The notes beneath the pieces were generated by a model, which saw nothing but the letters and a program-made list of their open reading frames with translations, had not been told where the DNA came from and did not search any database. From the NCBI GenBank assembly GCA_965218795.1, contig OZ244653.1:768001-832000 (forward strand): a stretch of DNA of 64,000 nucleotides. Direction: 5' to 3'. Origin of the DNA: a bacterium (GTDB lineage Bacteria > UBA8248 > JACPRG01 > G963555815). Positions 28,130 to 38,887 of the stretch are shown piece by piece (the first letter of the stretch is position 1; every line of letters starts with the position of its first letter). The translations under genes were made by a program, and so were the position numbers.

Positions 28130-30644
28130 TTATGCTCCGGCATTGGGCGCGTCCCCGCCCCAAACGCGGGCGATGGCGGTCTGGCTCTTTTTCTCGAAGC
28201 GATCAATCAGTTCGCGGTTGACGGCGACAAGGGCCTGCTCGGCTTCAATCTCGGCGACGATGGCTTGCTGGGTTTCAGGGGGCGGGAGGGGAATCTTGTG
28301 TTCCTCGACCACCGTCTTCCGCATAGAGGGCGGCTGTGCATCGCTCTGCCCAACGCGAAAGGTCGAATGCCAACAACCAGGTGTGGAGGAAATCCGGTAA
28401 GAGCTTGGAGTTCGGCACGACCCCCATGACATTATTGTCATATGTCGAATCGCGGGTGAGAAGACGTTTTTTGTTCGTGGCAATAGCCGCACCAATCTTT
28501 GGGAAAATGACTGTTCCAGCGGGGAATGTCTTGGCCTTGAGTTCCCGAAGAACACCACTGGATATTGCGTTGTTCCACGACACAATCCGCACTTCGTTGC
28601 CCGGCAAGTTCATATCGCTGACCTTTAGGAACGGAATCTTCTCCTCGCTCTTGCCTTGATAAGCAGTAGGGAAACCAAAACCGCTTTCAACAGATGCCAC
28701 TTCTTTGATTGCCACCATTGGCCAGTCGGGGTCGATGGGGATGTGGGGGCGGTAGTTGTCGATGACGGCACGGGCGCCGTCGATGATCTTCTGGTAGCCC
28801 TCGATCTCGGCGACGATTTCCTTCTGCACTTCCGGCGGCGGTAGGGGAATTTTAAGCTTTTTGATGTCGTCCTTATTGATTGATGCAAACGCTGCTCCCG
28901 TGTTACCAGTTATCTCTCCTTCCAAGCTCCGCAGAACGTAGAAGGCATAAGCTGTGAGCAGTTGGTTCGTTTCGGGCCTTATGGCGGAAAGGCCGCGGCC
29001 AATGCAGATTCGTTCAGTCGCCAGATTGACCGGACCAACCGGAGCACGCACAGACATGAGGATATCGCCTTCCTGGGCAAATCTCTGAGGATCGGTAGTC
29101 CATTTTGTTGGTTCCCCGATCCATAATTGACCAAACTCAGTTTTACCCTGATAGAAGGGCGCGCCAATGCCTGTATCGTTGTAGGACTTTCCAGCTGGTG
29201 ACTGTCCGGCAATAACTTCTGCAACTTTGCCCAATGGCACTATGGGAAAGTGCGATGTGCGGATGCCATTTTCCCGATACCGCTCCCCGCTCAGGTTGTA
29301 ATCCCCATTCGCGGCGATCCTTTCCTTTTCCACGATGAGGGCGGCCCCCCGTTCGATGAAGCTTCTTAACATGGATGAACAGGATTCCTCCTTATCCTGT
29401 CTATCCTGTGCATCCATGTTCATGTATTCCTTCACGCCCTGCGCTGTCTCCGGCAGGTCGTTCCTGTCAACCTCCCGCCGCTGCGCTCCCAGGTCGAACC
29501 CGTCGTTCTCCACCTTGAAGAAGCCGATGCGGTCCGTCCGTTTTGCCAGCGACTTGTCCAGCAGCAGGACCGAGGTCTTGACGCCGGAATACGGCTTAAA
29601 CACGCCGGCCGGCAGTGAAACGACCGCAACCAAGTACTCCTCGACAAGCATCCTGCGAAGCTGTTTGTGGGCGTTCTGGCTCTGGAAGATGATCCCCTCG
29701 GGCACGATGATGCCCGCGCGGCCCGCAGGCGTCAGGTGCTCGGCCATGTAGTCCACGAACAGCACCTCGCTCCGCTTGGACTGCACCGAGAAGCGGTTGT
29801 GGGGCCGGATCCCGCCTTTCGGCGACATGAACGGCGGATTCGCCAGAATCACGTCCGCGTATTCGTTCCAGCGTTCCTCGCTGGTGAGCGTGTCGTACTC
29901 GGAAATATGCGGGTCATTGAAGCCGTGCAGGTACATGTTGACCAGCGACAGGCGCACCATGTCGGGCGAAATGTCGTAGCCCTCGAGGTTGGCGGCCAGC
30001 CGCGTCCGTTCGTCGGGAGTCAAGGCGCTCTGGCCGTTTTCATCCGTGTTCGCCTTAAGGATGTGCTTATACGACGAAATCAGGAAACCGGCGGTGCCGC
30101 AGGCGGGGTCGAACAGCTTCTCGTCTTTTTGGGGGTCAACGATCTCGACGATGAAGTCGATGATGTGGCGCGGCGTGCGGAACTGCCCCGCGTCGCCCTG
30201 GGAGCCGAGGACGGAGAGCAGGTACTCGAAGGCGTCGCCCAGGCGCTCGCTGTGATCGTAGGTGAACTCGTCGATGACCTTGAGAAAGGCCCGCAGGGTC
30301 TCCGGGTCGCGATAGGGCAGATAGGCGTTCTTGAAGATGTCGCGGAAGAGCAGGGGGATACCCGGGTTCTCCGGCATCCGGGCGATGGCCTCGGCGTAGA
30401 GGTTCAGGGTCTCATGGCCGCCGAGTCCTGCGCGCATCAGCCTGGCCCAGCCGTAGCGGGCGAACTCGCCGGCGAAGAAGCCGCGCTTCCCGCCCAGCTC
30501 CTCGCTCTCCGCGTCGATGTCGTCCATGAACTTGTAGATGAGGGCGATGGTGATCTGCTCGACCTGGCTTTTGGGGTCGGGCACCTTGCCCACGAGGATG
30601 TCGCGGGCGGTGTCGATGCGTCGCCTGGTGTCGGCGTCCAGCAT
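28130..30644 (-). CDS. hsdM: type I RM fused methyltransferase-specificity subunit (HsdM-HsdS), frameshift at ~28346
   Basis: GQFRTPRH, DPACGTAGFL, ILANPPF (N6-adenine MTase), then two TRDs each ending KIPLPPPE.Q..IVAEIE; the last ~70 aa are in ORF 28130..28585. Confidence 0.9.
29368..29420. repeat. palindromic repeat lying in frame inside hsdM
   Basis: AACATGGATGAACAGGAT ... ATCCTGTGCATCCATGTT (17/18 complementary) with an internal ATCCTGT duplication. Confidence 0.7.
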
Positions 30645-30656
30645 GGGGCCTCCTCT

Positions 30657-33207
30657 CTAGGGGTACGGAGCAAACTGGTTCAGGGAAACGTAATCCTTGA
30701 CGTAGTTCGGAATGAGAGCGCGGTACTTCTCCGGCACCTCGCTGAAATTGGCGAGGGATAAGGTCAGGTTCGTGGCGAGTTCGGCGTATCGCCTCTCGTC
30801 GATGATGGCGCGAATCCGGTCGCTCGTGACATACGCCTCGAAGTAGCTCTTCATGGCCGGGATGGCGCCAGCCTCCTCGGGTTTATGATCGGCGATGAAC
30901 TTGGCGAATTCCTCCTCCAGCAGATCGCGCCTGGACTTGAAGTGGGGAATGAGGTCGAAGACCCTCTCCAGAATCTCGCGCAATGTGACGCGGCGATCCA
31001 CGTCGGCGGCCTTGCGCAGCTTGTCGAGGTTGTAATACTCCTCGGGCTTGTCGAAGACCTCGCGGTTCACGTAGTCGATGACGCGACTCCACTCGCCTTT
31101 CCCGACGGCGTCGGCGATGGTCGCATCCTCCCGCGCGGTCTCCCTGAACCTGTCGAACAACATCCGGTCGACCTTCATCCCCCGGGGGCCGACGGTCTCC
31201 TCCTCAATCGTCGAGATGATGTCCTCGCCCAGGTACTCGTATGCGCCATCAACCCGAACCGGCCCCTTGCCCGCCGGGTCGGAATCACCCCCGTCTCCGC
31301 CCTGCGGCAGCTTCAACACCTCATCATAGTTGTACTCGGTCTCGAAGTATTCATAGTTGGCGAAGAAATCGAAAAGCCTGAACGTGGTCTTTTTCGTCTT
31401 TTCCGATTCGGGGAAGTCGTCCTTGAGCCTCTCATCAACAAGCTCTTGCCTGAAATCGTGCGGACGGGTTCCGCGTCCTTTGATTTGCACGAAATCGGTG
31501 GGCGAGAAGATGGGACGAAACAGGCCGATGTTCAGAATATCGGTGCAGTCATAACCGGTGGTCATCATGCCCACCGTCACGCAGACGCGGGCCTTGCTCG
31601 TCCGGTAACCGTCCAGGAAGTTGGCCGAGCCGAGCAGGTTGTTGTTGGCGAAGTTGACAGTGAACTTCTGAGCATCGGCGATCTGCGAGGTCACCTGCAC
31701 GGCGAAGTCGGACTGGTACTTGCCGGGGAACATTCTGTCGGCGATCTGGTTGAATATCTGCGTCAGCTTGGCCGCGTGGCTCTGGCTCACGGCGAAGACG
31801 ATGGACTTGCCAATCTCGCCGCTGACCGGATCGCGCAGAGCATTCTCCAGGAAGGTCTTGCAGAAGAGCTGGTTGGTGGCGTCAGAGTAAAAGCGCTTCT
31901 CGAACTCGCGCTTTTTGTAGATTTCCTCCCACTCCTCGCCCTCATCGTCGGTGAATGCGGCGACGAAGCCATCCTCGGAGAGGAGTTGCGTGGTTACTTC
32001 CGTGCGCGCGTCCACCAAAGTCGGGTTGATCAGGTATTCGTCTCTCACGCCGTCGAGCAGCGAATAGCGGAAGGTGGGCTCTCCGCTCTCGCAGCCGAAG
32101 GTGCGATAGGTATCGAGGAGGAGGCGGCGTTCGGCCTCGCGCGGGTCATGCGTCGCGGCGCCGTTCTTTCCGGTGCCCTTCAAATAGTCGCGGGGCGTCG
32201 CGGTCAGGCCGAGCTTGCAGCCCACGAAGAAGTCGAATACCGCGCGGGCGTTGCCGCCAATCGAACGGTGCGCTTCGTCGGAGATCACCAGGTCGAAATC
32301 GGTCGGCGAGAAAAGCTGCTGATACTTGTTGTTGAACAAGAGCGATTGAACGGTGGTGACGACGATCTCGGCGCGCCGCCAGTCGTCGCGGTTCTCCTTG
32401 TAGATAACCGTCTGGAAGTCCGCCGAAAGCAACGCGGTGAAAACCTTCCGTGCCTGCTCCTCCAGTTCCAGTCGATCCACCAGGAAGAGGGCGCGGCGGG
32501 CGTTGCCCGAACGCAGAAACAGCTTGATGACGGCGGCGGCGGTGAGCGTCTTCCCCGTGCCGGTGGCCATCTCGAACAGAAAGCGGTCGCCGCCTTCCTT
32601 CACCACCCTTTGCAGCGCGCGGATCGCTCCCAGTTGATAGTCGCGCAGAAAGCGCAGTTTATTCGTCTGGATGAAGCCGGGGCGTTCGTCTTCGTTCTTC
32701 CAGGCGGCTTCGGAGGCGTAGTTTGGCCGCTGGGTGAGGACGATGTAGTCGTCGCCGACTCGTTCATCGATCAGGCGCCGCGGGTCGGGCGCGACCTTTT
32801 GGTAACCGGATACCGATTCCGACGTCGGGAAGGAGGTGATGACATAGGAGTTGCCGCGCTCCAGATCCCAGAAGTAGTGCAGGTTGCCGTTCGACAGGAT
32901 GACGAAGCGGCAGTTCTGCGATCGGGCGTATTTGCGGGCCTGCTCCTTGCCGACGAGGGGGTTCTTGTCCTCCTGACTTGGCTTCCAGAACGACGAGCGG
33001 GAATCCCTTGTCGTCGAGAAGCAGGAAGTCGATGTAGCCCGTAGCAGTCTTCTCGAAATCGTTGCCCAGGGCGTCGAGGTCGGACGTCTTGATGGTAACG
33101 CTCGGCTCCAGGCGGATGTTGGCAGGCTTGCCCTTCTCGGCGAAGAAGCGCCATCCGGCCGCCTCAAGCAGCTTGTTGATTTTTACGCGGGCGGCGGCTT
33201 CGTTCAT
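30657..33207 (-). CDS. hsdR: type I restriction endonuclease subunit R, frameshift at ~32973
   Basis: N-terminal IDFLLLD...VLEAK nuclease motif (ORF 32764..33207) continues into MATGTGKT, DEAHRS, GLTATP, MMTTGYD, QIKGRGTR. Confidence 0.9.
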
Positions 33208-33748
33208 TTATCCAATTCTCCACAGGGTTCACCATCTCTCCTCCTTTTAGAGCCTTCTCTTGATGAGAGCAAACCTGATCGACCTTCCCGGCAGCGATTC
33301 CGGGACACCCTGCTTCATGAACGGCTTTCGGATTGGTGCGCCGCACCGTCGAATCCGCGGCCTGGCCTGGCTTGCGGGCATCGGCTGGAACGTCGCTCAC
33401 AGGCCGGACATTGGCCCCGACGCGCCCGTCGCGGAGCAGGAATATGGTCTGGACCATAGCGCTTTGGACCGACAGGGCCGCACATGGATTGATATTTCCC
33501 CATCGGCCCATCCAGATCGCTTGAAGGCAGTTCCCCTAAGTACGACCTCTCGACCAGGCGCCTCCCGCACGCGAAAACGTTTCGTGCAAGACCGGAGCAA
33601 GATTCTGACGTTGCCGGATGGGTTCTCCCGCCGGGTTTTCCGGGAAAAGCTGTATGATTCGGTGGAGGCGCGCTGCCGGAGGAATCGGAAGGGGGCCTGA
33701 CGAAGGCTGTCCGTTGATCCCGGGATATCCTGCGGGTTGATTCACACG

Positions 33749-34366
33749 TCAACGCGCCGCGACGGCGCTGATCACTTCCCCCGCCTTGGATACCCAGCCG
33801 AACTTCATCGCAAAGTTCTTCAACGCGGCCTCGTGCAGGTCCTCCGCGTAGGACGAGACCGCATCGGAGACCAATGTTGTCCTGAAACCGCGGTGGAAGG
33901 CCTCTCGGGCGGTTTCTTCAACGCAGATCTGCGTCACCGTCCCGGTCACGAACAGGGATTCCACGTGACGGGCCTTGAGGATATCTTCGAGGTTGGTGTT
34001 GTGAAAGGCCCCGTATCCGAACTTCTCTACAATTGGGTCTTCAGGTTCAGGATAGATCTCCTCGATGATGTCCGAGCAGTCCAGGTCCTTCTCGACATCC
34101 TCATAATGACGGGGATGTCCCTTCCAGCAGCAGCAGACAGGCGGAGCCAGCATGGGCGACCACTCCCAAACAAGCGTGGGCTCAGGGCCGGCCAGAAATT
34201 TCGTGTAGATGACAGGAAGGTTTTTCGCCCGGCAAAAGGCGATGAGCTCCTGGTGGGTGGAGATGGTTTCCCGGGCCTGGGGAACCTCCAAAGGGGCCCC
34301 GACCCGAACGAAATCGTTCTGCATGTCGACAATGACCAAGGCCGGCTGGGCCAGATGGTCAACCAT
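33749..34366 (-). CDS. cysteine hydrolase (isochorismatase family)
   Basis: ALVIVDMQNDF, VEKFGYGAF, GTVTQICVEETAR. Confidence 0.92.
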   Translation of the reverse strand: MVDHLAQPALVIVDMQNDFVRVGAPLEVPQARETISTHQELIAFCRAKNLPVIYTKFLAGPEPTLVWEWSPMLAPPVCCCWKGHPRHYEDVEKDLDCSDIIEEIYPEPEDPIVEKFGYGAFHNTNLEDILKARHVESLFVTGTVTQICVEETAREAFHRGFRTTLVSDAVSSYAEDLHEAALKNFAMKFGWVSKAGEVISAVAAR

Positions 34367-35174
34367 ATCGGCTTCCCCCAAACGCAAATGCCGGAATCAT
34401 GCGTGACCGTAGAGTCTCGCGGCGTTTTGGCCAGGAGTGAATCCAGCGCGTCATCCGGAATCATCGTTTCCCGTTTCGACGCGGTGTCTTCCCCTTCGTT
34501 TACACGTGCGGATGACGGCCATTAGAATTGCCTACACTCGCCTTGTCAAGAATTCTACAGCTCCCGCCCCATGCTCAAGGACTTCATGTTCGAATGATAT
34601 CTCCTGAGAAATCCGGTTTTGGTGGAATTCTAAAACTTTCGTATTGTATTCGTTGAAAGGCTTGTGAGTGGAAAGGGAGAGGGAGAGAGTGGCGCATGTG
34701 CGGTCAATCAATCGAAAAAACCGATGGGTTGTCTGTTTGGGCGCTTGTGGAATATTAAAAAAGGACCAAACAAAGCCAAATAACTATTGTCGAATAAGGA
34801 AAAGTGATTTGTGTTCGGACCATGAAAGCCAAATATTCGGGTTCAAGTTATCGGTAAAAACGATGGTAAGGCGAGTCCACAGACTCCGGCAGGCGCTCCG
34901 AGCGAAGGGAGGGATCTCCGCTGGTTTGATGGAGAACAAGAATGAAAGAACGGGATTCCCCGTCCGAAATGACAGAGAGGCGTTGCAGAGCAGCGCGAAA
35001 ACGCCGAGGCGCGTTGCCTCCTCCGCGAACAAACGGTTTTGATGCGAGGGGACATACCCGGAATGGGCGGGGGCAGTGACCCGCCCCGACATGCCGCGCG
35101 GAGGGACATCACCACTATGCGCGTGGTGAATGCGGTCCAGGTCGGAGATCCGGTACCGCGTCAGGGCGAAGCCC

Positions 35175-36086
35175 TCAACGCGGCGAATGCGATGCAACGG
35201 GACGTTGCCGGCCCGGGTCGATGCCCCGGCGGTGGGCTTCGAAGGTCCGGAGGACGATGGGGATGAGCCCTTCCTCGGGCAGGCCGAGCTCGGAGAAAAC
35301 CCGGCGGGCGATGTCTTCAACAGGGTTGGGAGAGGGGGCCAACTCCTTTTCCGCCAGGCGGACGAGGCGGTCGATGTCCCGGATATATTCCTCGCCCGCG
35401 TCGATGTGCGCCCGGACCTGGTCTCCGCGCGAGACCTTCAGGCTCATGGCGGACAACAAAAAGTCGGCGTTCACAGAGCGGAGTTTTTCGAGGCTGGCCA
35501 GGGTCTGACCGACGTCCTCATAAATGGGCAGCGTCCCCGGCTCGGGCAAAACGTCCCCGCTGATCAACACCCCATCCTTGGGGATGTACAGTGAAACGCT
35601 TCCCGCTGAATGGCCGGGGGTATGAAAGACGTGGACTTCCACACCATCGCCCAGATCGATCACATCGCCTTCGTTGATCTCCCGATGCACCAGCACGGGG
35701 CCGGAGCACAGGTCGATCATCTTCCCCACGGGCCGGACGCGCATCTGGCGCTCCAGGTCCTCGATGCATGGGATGTCCATCGGATGAGCGCAAAAACTCG
35801 GGTCCGCCAATTCCTGAAACACCCCGTTGCCGCCGATGTGGTCGAAGTGGCAGTGGGTGTTGATGACAACGTCCACGTCCTCCGGGTTCATGCCGATGGT
35901 TTCGATGAATCCGAAAATGCCCTCAGCCGCGGGCGCAACGGCCGTATCCACAACCGCGAGCTTCCCGCCCTCGATGACGTAGGACGTGACGAACCGGGGG
36001 ATCTTCTCCCCGCCCGGCAGTTCGATCTCGAACTCCGGCCAGAGGGCGTGAACGTGCGGGGAAATGAACATCGGCTCTCTGGACAT
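35175..36086 (-). CDS. MBL-fold metallo-hydrolase
   Basis: THCHFDHIGG, TPGHSAGS, ISGD. Confidence 0.92.
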   Translation of the reverse strand: MSREPMFISPHVHALWPEFEIELPGGEKIPRFVTSYVIEGGKLAVVDTAVAPAAEGIFGFIETIGMNPEDVDVVINTHCHFDHIGGNGVFQELADPSFCAHPMDIPCIEDLERQMRVRPVGKMIDLCSGPVLVHREINEGDVIDLGDGVEVHVFHTPGHSAGSVSLYIPKDGVLISGDVLPEPGTLPIYEDVGQTLASLEKLRSVNADFLLSAMSLKVSRGDQVRAHIDAGEEYIRDIDRLVRLAEKELAPSPNPVEDIARRVFSELGLPEEGLIPIVLRTFEAHRRGIDPGRQRPVASHSPR

Positions 36087-36232
36087 GAAAACCTATCAAC
36101 AGGTGGCAGCACGCCACAACCATCTTGCCGCGCCAGGGGTGGCGGTTTGGGCCGGAACAGTGGCCGTCCCCGACAAACGCCGCGGAGCAGCGCATATGTG
36201 AGCCAGGTCGATGACCTGGCGGCGCGGCGCCT

Positions 36233-36979
36233 CTAGCTCATGACCGAGCCGCCGTTCACCGAGATGGTTTGGCCCGTGATGAAATCGGAATCCGGGCTCA
36301 GCAGGAAGACGATCGTCCCGATCATGTCCTCCGGGACCTCGCGCCGCTGGATGGCCCGCGATTTGTTGATCATCTCGTCGTGCTCCGGGCGCTCCTTCAG
36401 GTCTCTCGCGTGAGGGATGTAATCCGGCGCAACGGAGTTGACGTTGATGCCGAATTCGCCGCACTCCCGGGCCAGAGCGCGCGAGAACCCAACCACCCCG
36501 GCCTTGGACGTTACGTAATGGATCAGACCCGGCGTGCCCTTGAAGATCGTGTTCGACGCGATGTTGATGATGCGGCCCTTTTTCTGCTCCTTCATGTAAG
36601 GCACGACCGCCCTGGAGCACAGAAAGATGCCCCGCAAGTTGACGGCCATGACGCGGTCCCACTCGTCCACAGGGATGTCGGAGAAGGGCTTGACCGAGAG
36701 GTCATGATAAACGGCGGCGTTGTTGAGCAGGCCGTCGATCCGCCCGTAGGTGTCGTGGGCCGTCTTCGCCATTTCCAGGGCCGCCTTCTCATCGGAAACG
36801 TCAACGGAGACGGCAATCGCCTCGCCCCCGGCCCCTTCGATCTCACTGACTGTCTCGGATGCGTCGAGGATATCCGCGGCGACCACTCTGGCGCCTTCGG
36901 CCGCCAGCGCCTTGGCGTACACGCGGCCGATGTTGCGGCTCGCGCCGGTGACAATCACAACCTCGTCTTTCAGTCTCAT
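36233..36979 (-). CDS. SDR family oxidoreductase
   Basis: TGASRNIG, LNNAA, YVTSK, ITGQTISVNGG. Confidence 0.92.
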   Translation of the reverse strand: MRLKDEVVIVTGASRNIGRVYAKALAAEGARVVAADILDASETVSEIEGAGGEAIAVSVDVSDEKAALEMAKTAHDTYGRIDGLLNNAAVYHDLSVKPFSDIPVDEWDRVMAVNLRGIFLCSRAVVPYMKEQKKGRIINIASNTIFKGTPGLIHYVTSKAGVVGFSRALARECGEFGINVNSVAPDYIPHARDLKERPEHDEMINKSRAIQRREVPEDMIGTIVFLLSPDSDFITGQTISVNGGSVMS

Positions 36980-37000
36980 GGTACCCCTCCCGGTTTCGGT

Positions 37001-37740
37001 TCAGATGGCGCGATGGGCAGCGTTCGGCGCCGCCCCCTGGTTGTCCGGTATTCGGGCAATGCCCGCCCCGTTGATCCACAGCTTCGGCGAATCGATCTTC
37101 AACGGCTGCCTTCCGGCCGTTCTTTCATGCGGCGCTTTCCCGGCGCGGGCTCTGCGGATGGCCCGGGCCAGGAGCGAATCCTCCGCGATACCGGCCGGCC
37201 GGTCAACTCGTCCCTCACGCGGCCGATAATCATCACCGCGCTCTGCATCCGGACGGGAGCGCGCTTCATCGAGCGGAGGCGGTAGAAGGTGGAGAGGGCG
37301 TCCTGCGCACCGTAACGGATGACATAACCCCAAGCGGGGTCGTTGTTCCGTTGACAGAAGGCGAATTTGTTCTCCCGGTCGAGGCCGATCCGCTTCCGGA
37401 TCCGGTAGAATCCCTCGCGCTGCCGGAGGCGGTAGAAGAGAGGGTGGCGCTCGACGGGATCCCAGAGGCTCTTGAACCGGTCGTCCACGGGATAGAAAAG
37501 CGAGAAGGTCTTGTTTGGACCGGACCGTAGAGATGAGGCGCAGGACGGGTGCCCCGATGTAAGTGGCGCGCCCGGCCGCGGCGATTTCAGATTCCCCGCC
37601 GGTATGCCGAACCAGGAGATTTGAAAGGTCAGCCGTACGCCAACCCGGAAGGGGAGGGCGGGTTCCTGCTCGACGGATGAAGCGGGGGCGGGGAGCAAGA
37701 GAGAAAGAATGCGGGCGGAACCAACCACCCGGGGCCCCTT
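37001..37740 (-). pseudogene. DUF3108-like protein, frameshifted
   Basis: PFRVGVRLTFQISWFGIPAG, FSLFYPVDDRFKS, QDALSTFYRLR motifs interrupted by scrambled stretches. Confidence 0.55.
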
Positions 37741-37843
37741 GACCCGGAGCCTGAACACCGGCCGAAGGCTTCCGGAACTTATCTCCGGCATAACCTCGGG
37801 ACGGGACGCCGACGGTAGCATGATCAGGGGTCGTGACATCAAC

Positions 37844-38782
37844 CTATCGGCTCTCTGCGACGAAGGGATAGACAGCCCCGAGCGGGCCGGCGTCATCGCC
37901 CAGCCGGCCCGTGACCACCTCCAAGGATTCCGTGTTGGCGGCGAAGGCCCTGCGCTTCATCTCGGCCTCGGCCGGTCCGAGAAGGATTTCTCCCGTCCGG
38001 GAAACCCCTCCGGTCAGGATGATCATAGCCGGATTGAAGAGGTTGGCGAAATTGGCCATGCCGACGCCGAGGGATCGGCCCGTCTCCCGCATGACCTCGA
38101 CGGCAAGAGGATCCCCGTCTTGGGCGGCCTCCGCAATGTCTTCCACCGTATGGTCCGAGCCGGCGGCCAGTCGGCCGGAACTGCCCCCATCGGCCAGCTT
38201 TTCACCGAGCCGGCGAAGGATTCCGCAAGCGCCGACAAAGGCTTCCAGGCAACCGCGGTTTCCACATCGACAGGGAGGTCCGTTGATGTCGATCGTGGTG
38301 TGGCCGCCCTCGGCGCCGAATCCGTCCCCGCCGCGCCAGAGACTGCCGCGCAGGATATACCCTGTGCCGATGCCGGTCCCCAGGGTGATGGCCACGAGCG
38401 TTTCGGCTCCCTTCCCTGCGCCGCGCCAATGCTCTCCCAGGGCGATGGCGTTGGCGTCGTTCTCGAGGAGAGCGGTGACCCCGAATGTCTCTTCCAGGGC
38501 ATCGCAAAGGGGGAAGCCTTCGAAGGCCAGAAGATTCGGGGAGGACCGAATCGAGCGGCGGTCCGGCGCGAGGACACCCGCGCAACCGACGCCGATCCCC
38601 TCGATCCTCCGTCCGTCCGCCGCGGATTCCACCAGGCCGCCAAGGGTCCGGCGTATCGCCTCACCCCCTCCCCCGGGGGAGGGCCTGTGGACGCGGGCCG
38701 TAATTTCTCCGGACGAGGATACGGCGGAGGCCTTGACGTTGGTGCCGCCGATATCCAGCCCGATATACGTCGATTCGTCCAT
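37844..38782 (-). CDS. ROK family kinase (glucokinase-like)
   Basis: GLDIGGT, ENDANA, TLGTGIG, EGGH...CRCGNRGCLE. Confidence 0.93.
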   Translation of the reverse strand: MDESTYIGLDIGGTNVKASAVSSSGEITARVHRPSPGGGGEAIRRTLGGLVESAADGRRIEGIGVGCAGVLAPDRRSIRSSPNLLAFEGFPLCDALEETFGVTALLENDANAIALGEHWRGAGKGAETLVAITLGTGIGTGYILRGSLWRGGDGFGAEGGHTTIDINGPPCRCGNRGCLEAFVGACGILRRLGEKLADGGSSGRLAAGSDHTVEDIAEAAQDGDPLAVEVMRETGRSLGVGMANFANLFNPAMIILTGGVSRTGEILLGPAEAEMKRRAFAANTESLEVVTGRLGDDAGPLGAVYPFVAESR

Positions 38783-38887
38783 GGTATTCGTACCCGCGGA
38801 ATGGGATCCGGCACCCCGGGTGCGCCGCCGCGTCCGGTTTGCCCATTGACCGGAGCTCCTTCGTGTATAATACCCTCTGCCTCATGT

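Noticed and set aside
22100-28260. Classical integron or prophage
   Set aside because: No tyrosine integrase, no canonical full attC sites and no phage structural genes in the window.
37709-38887. 600-aa ORF as an extended DedA
   Set aside because: The upstream part is the antisense shadow of the ROK gene; DedA motifs begin at ~38888.
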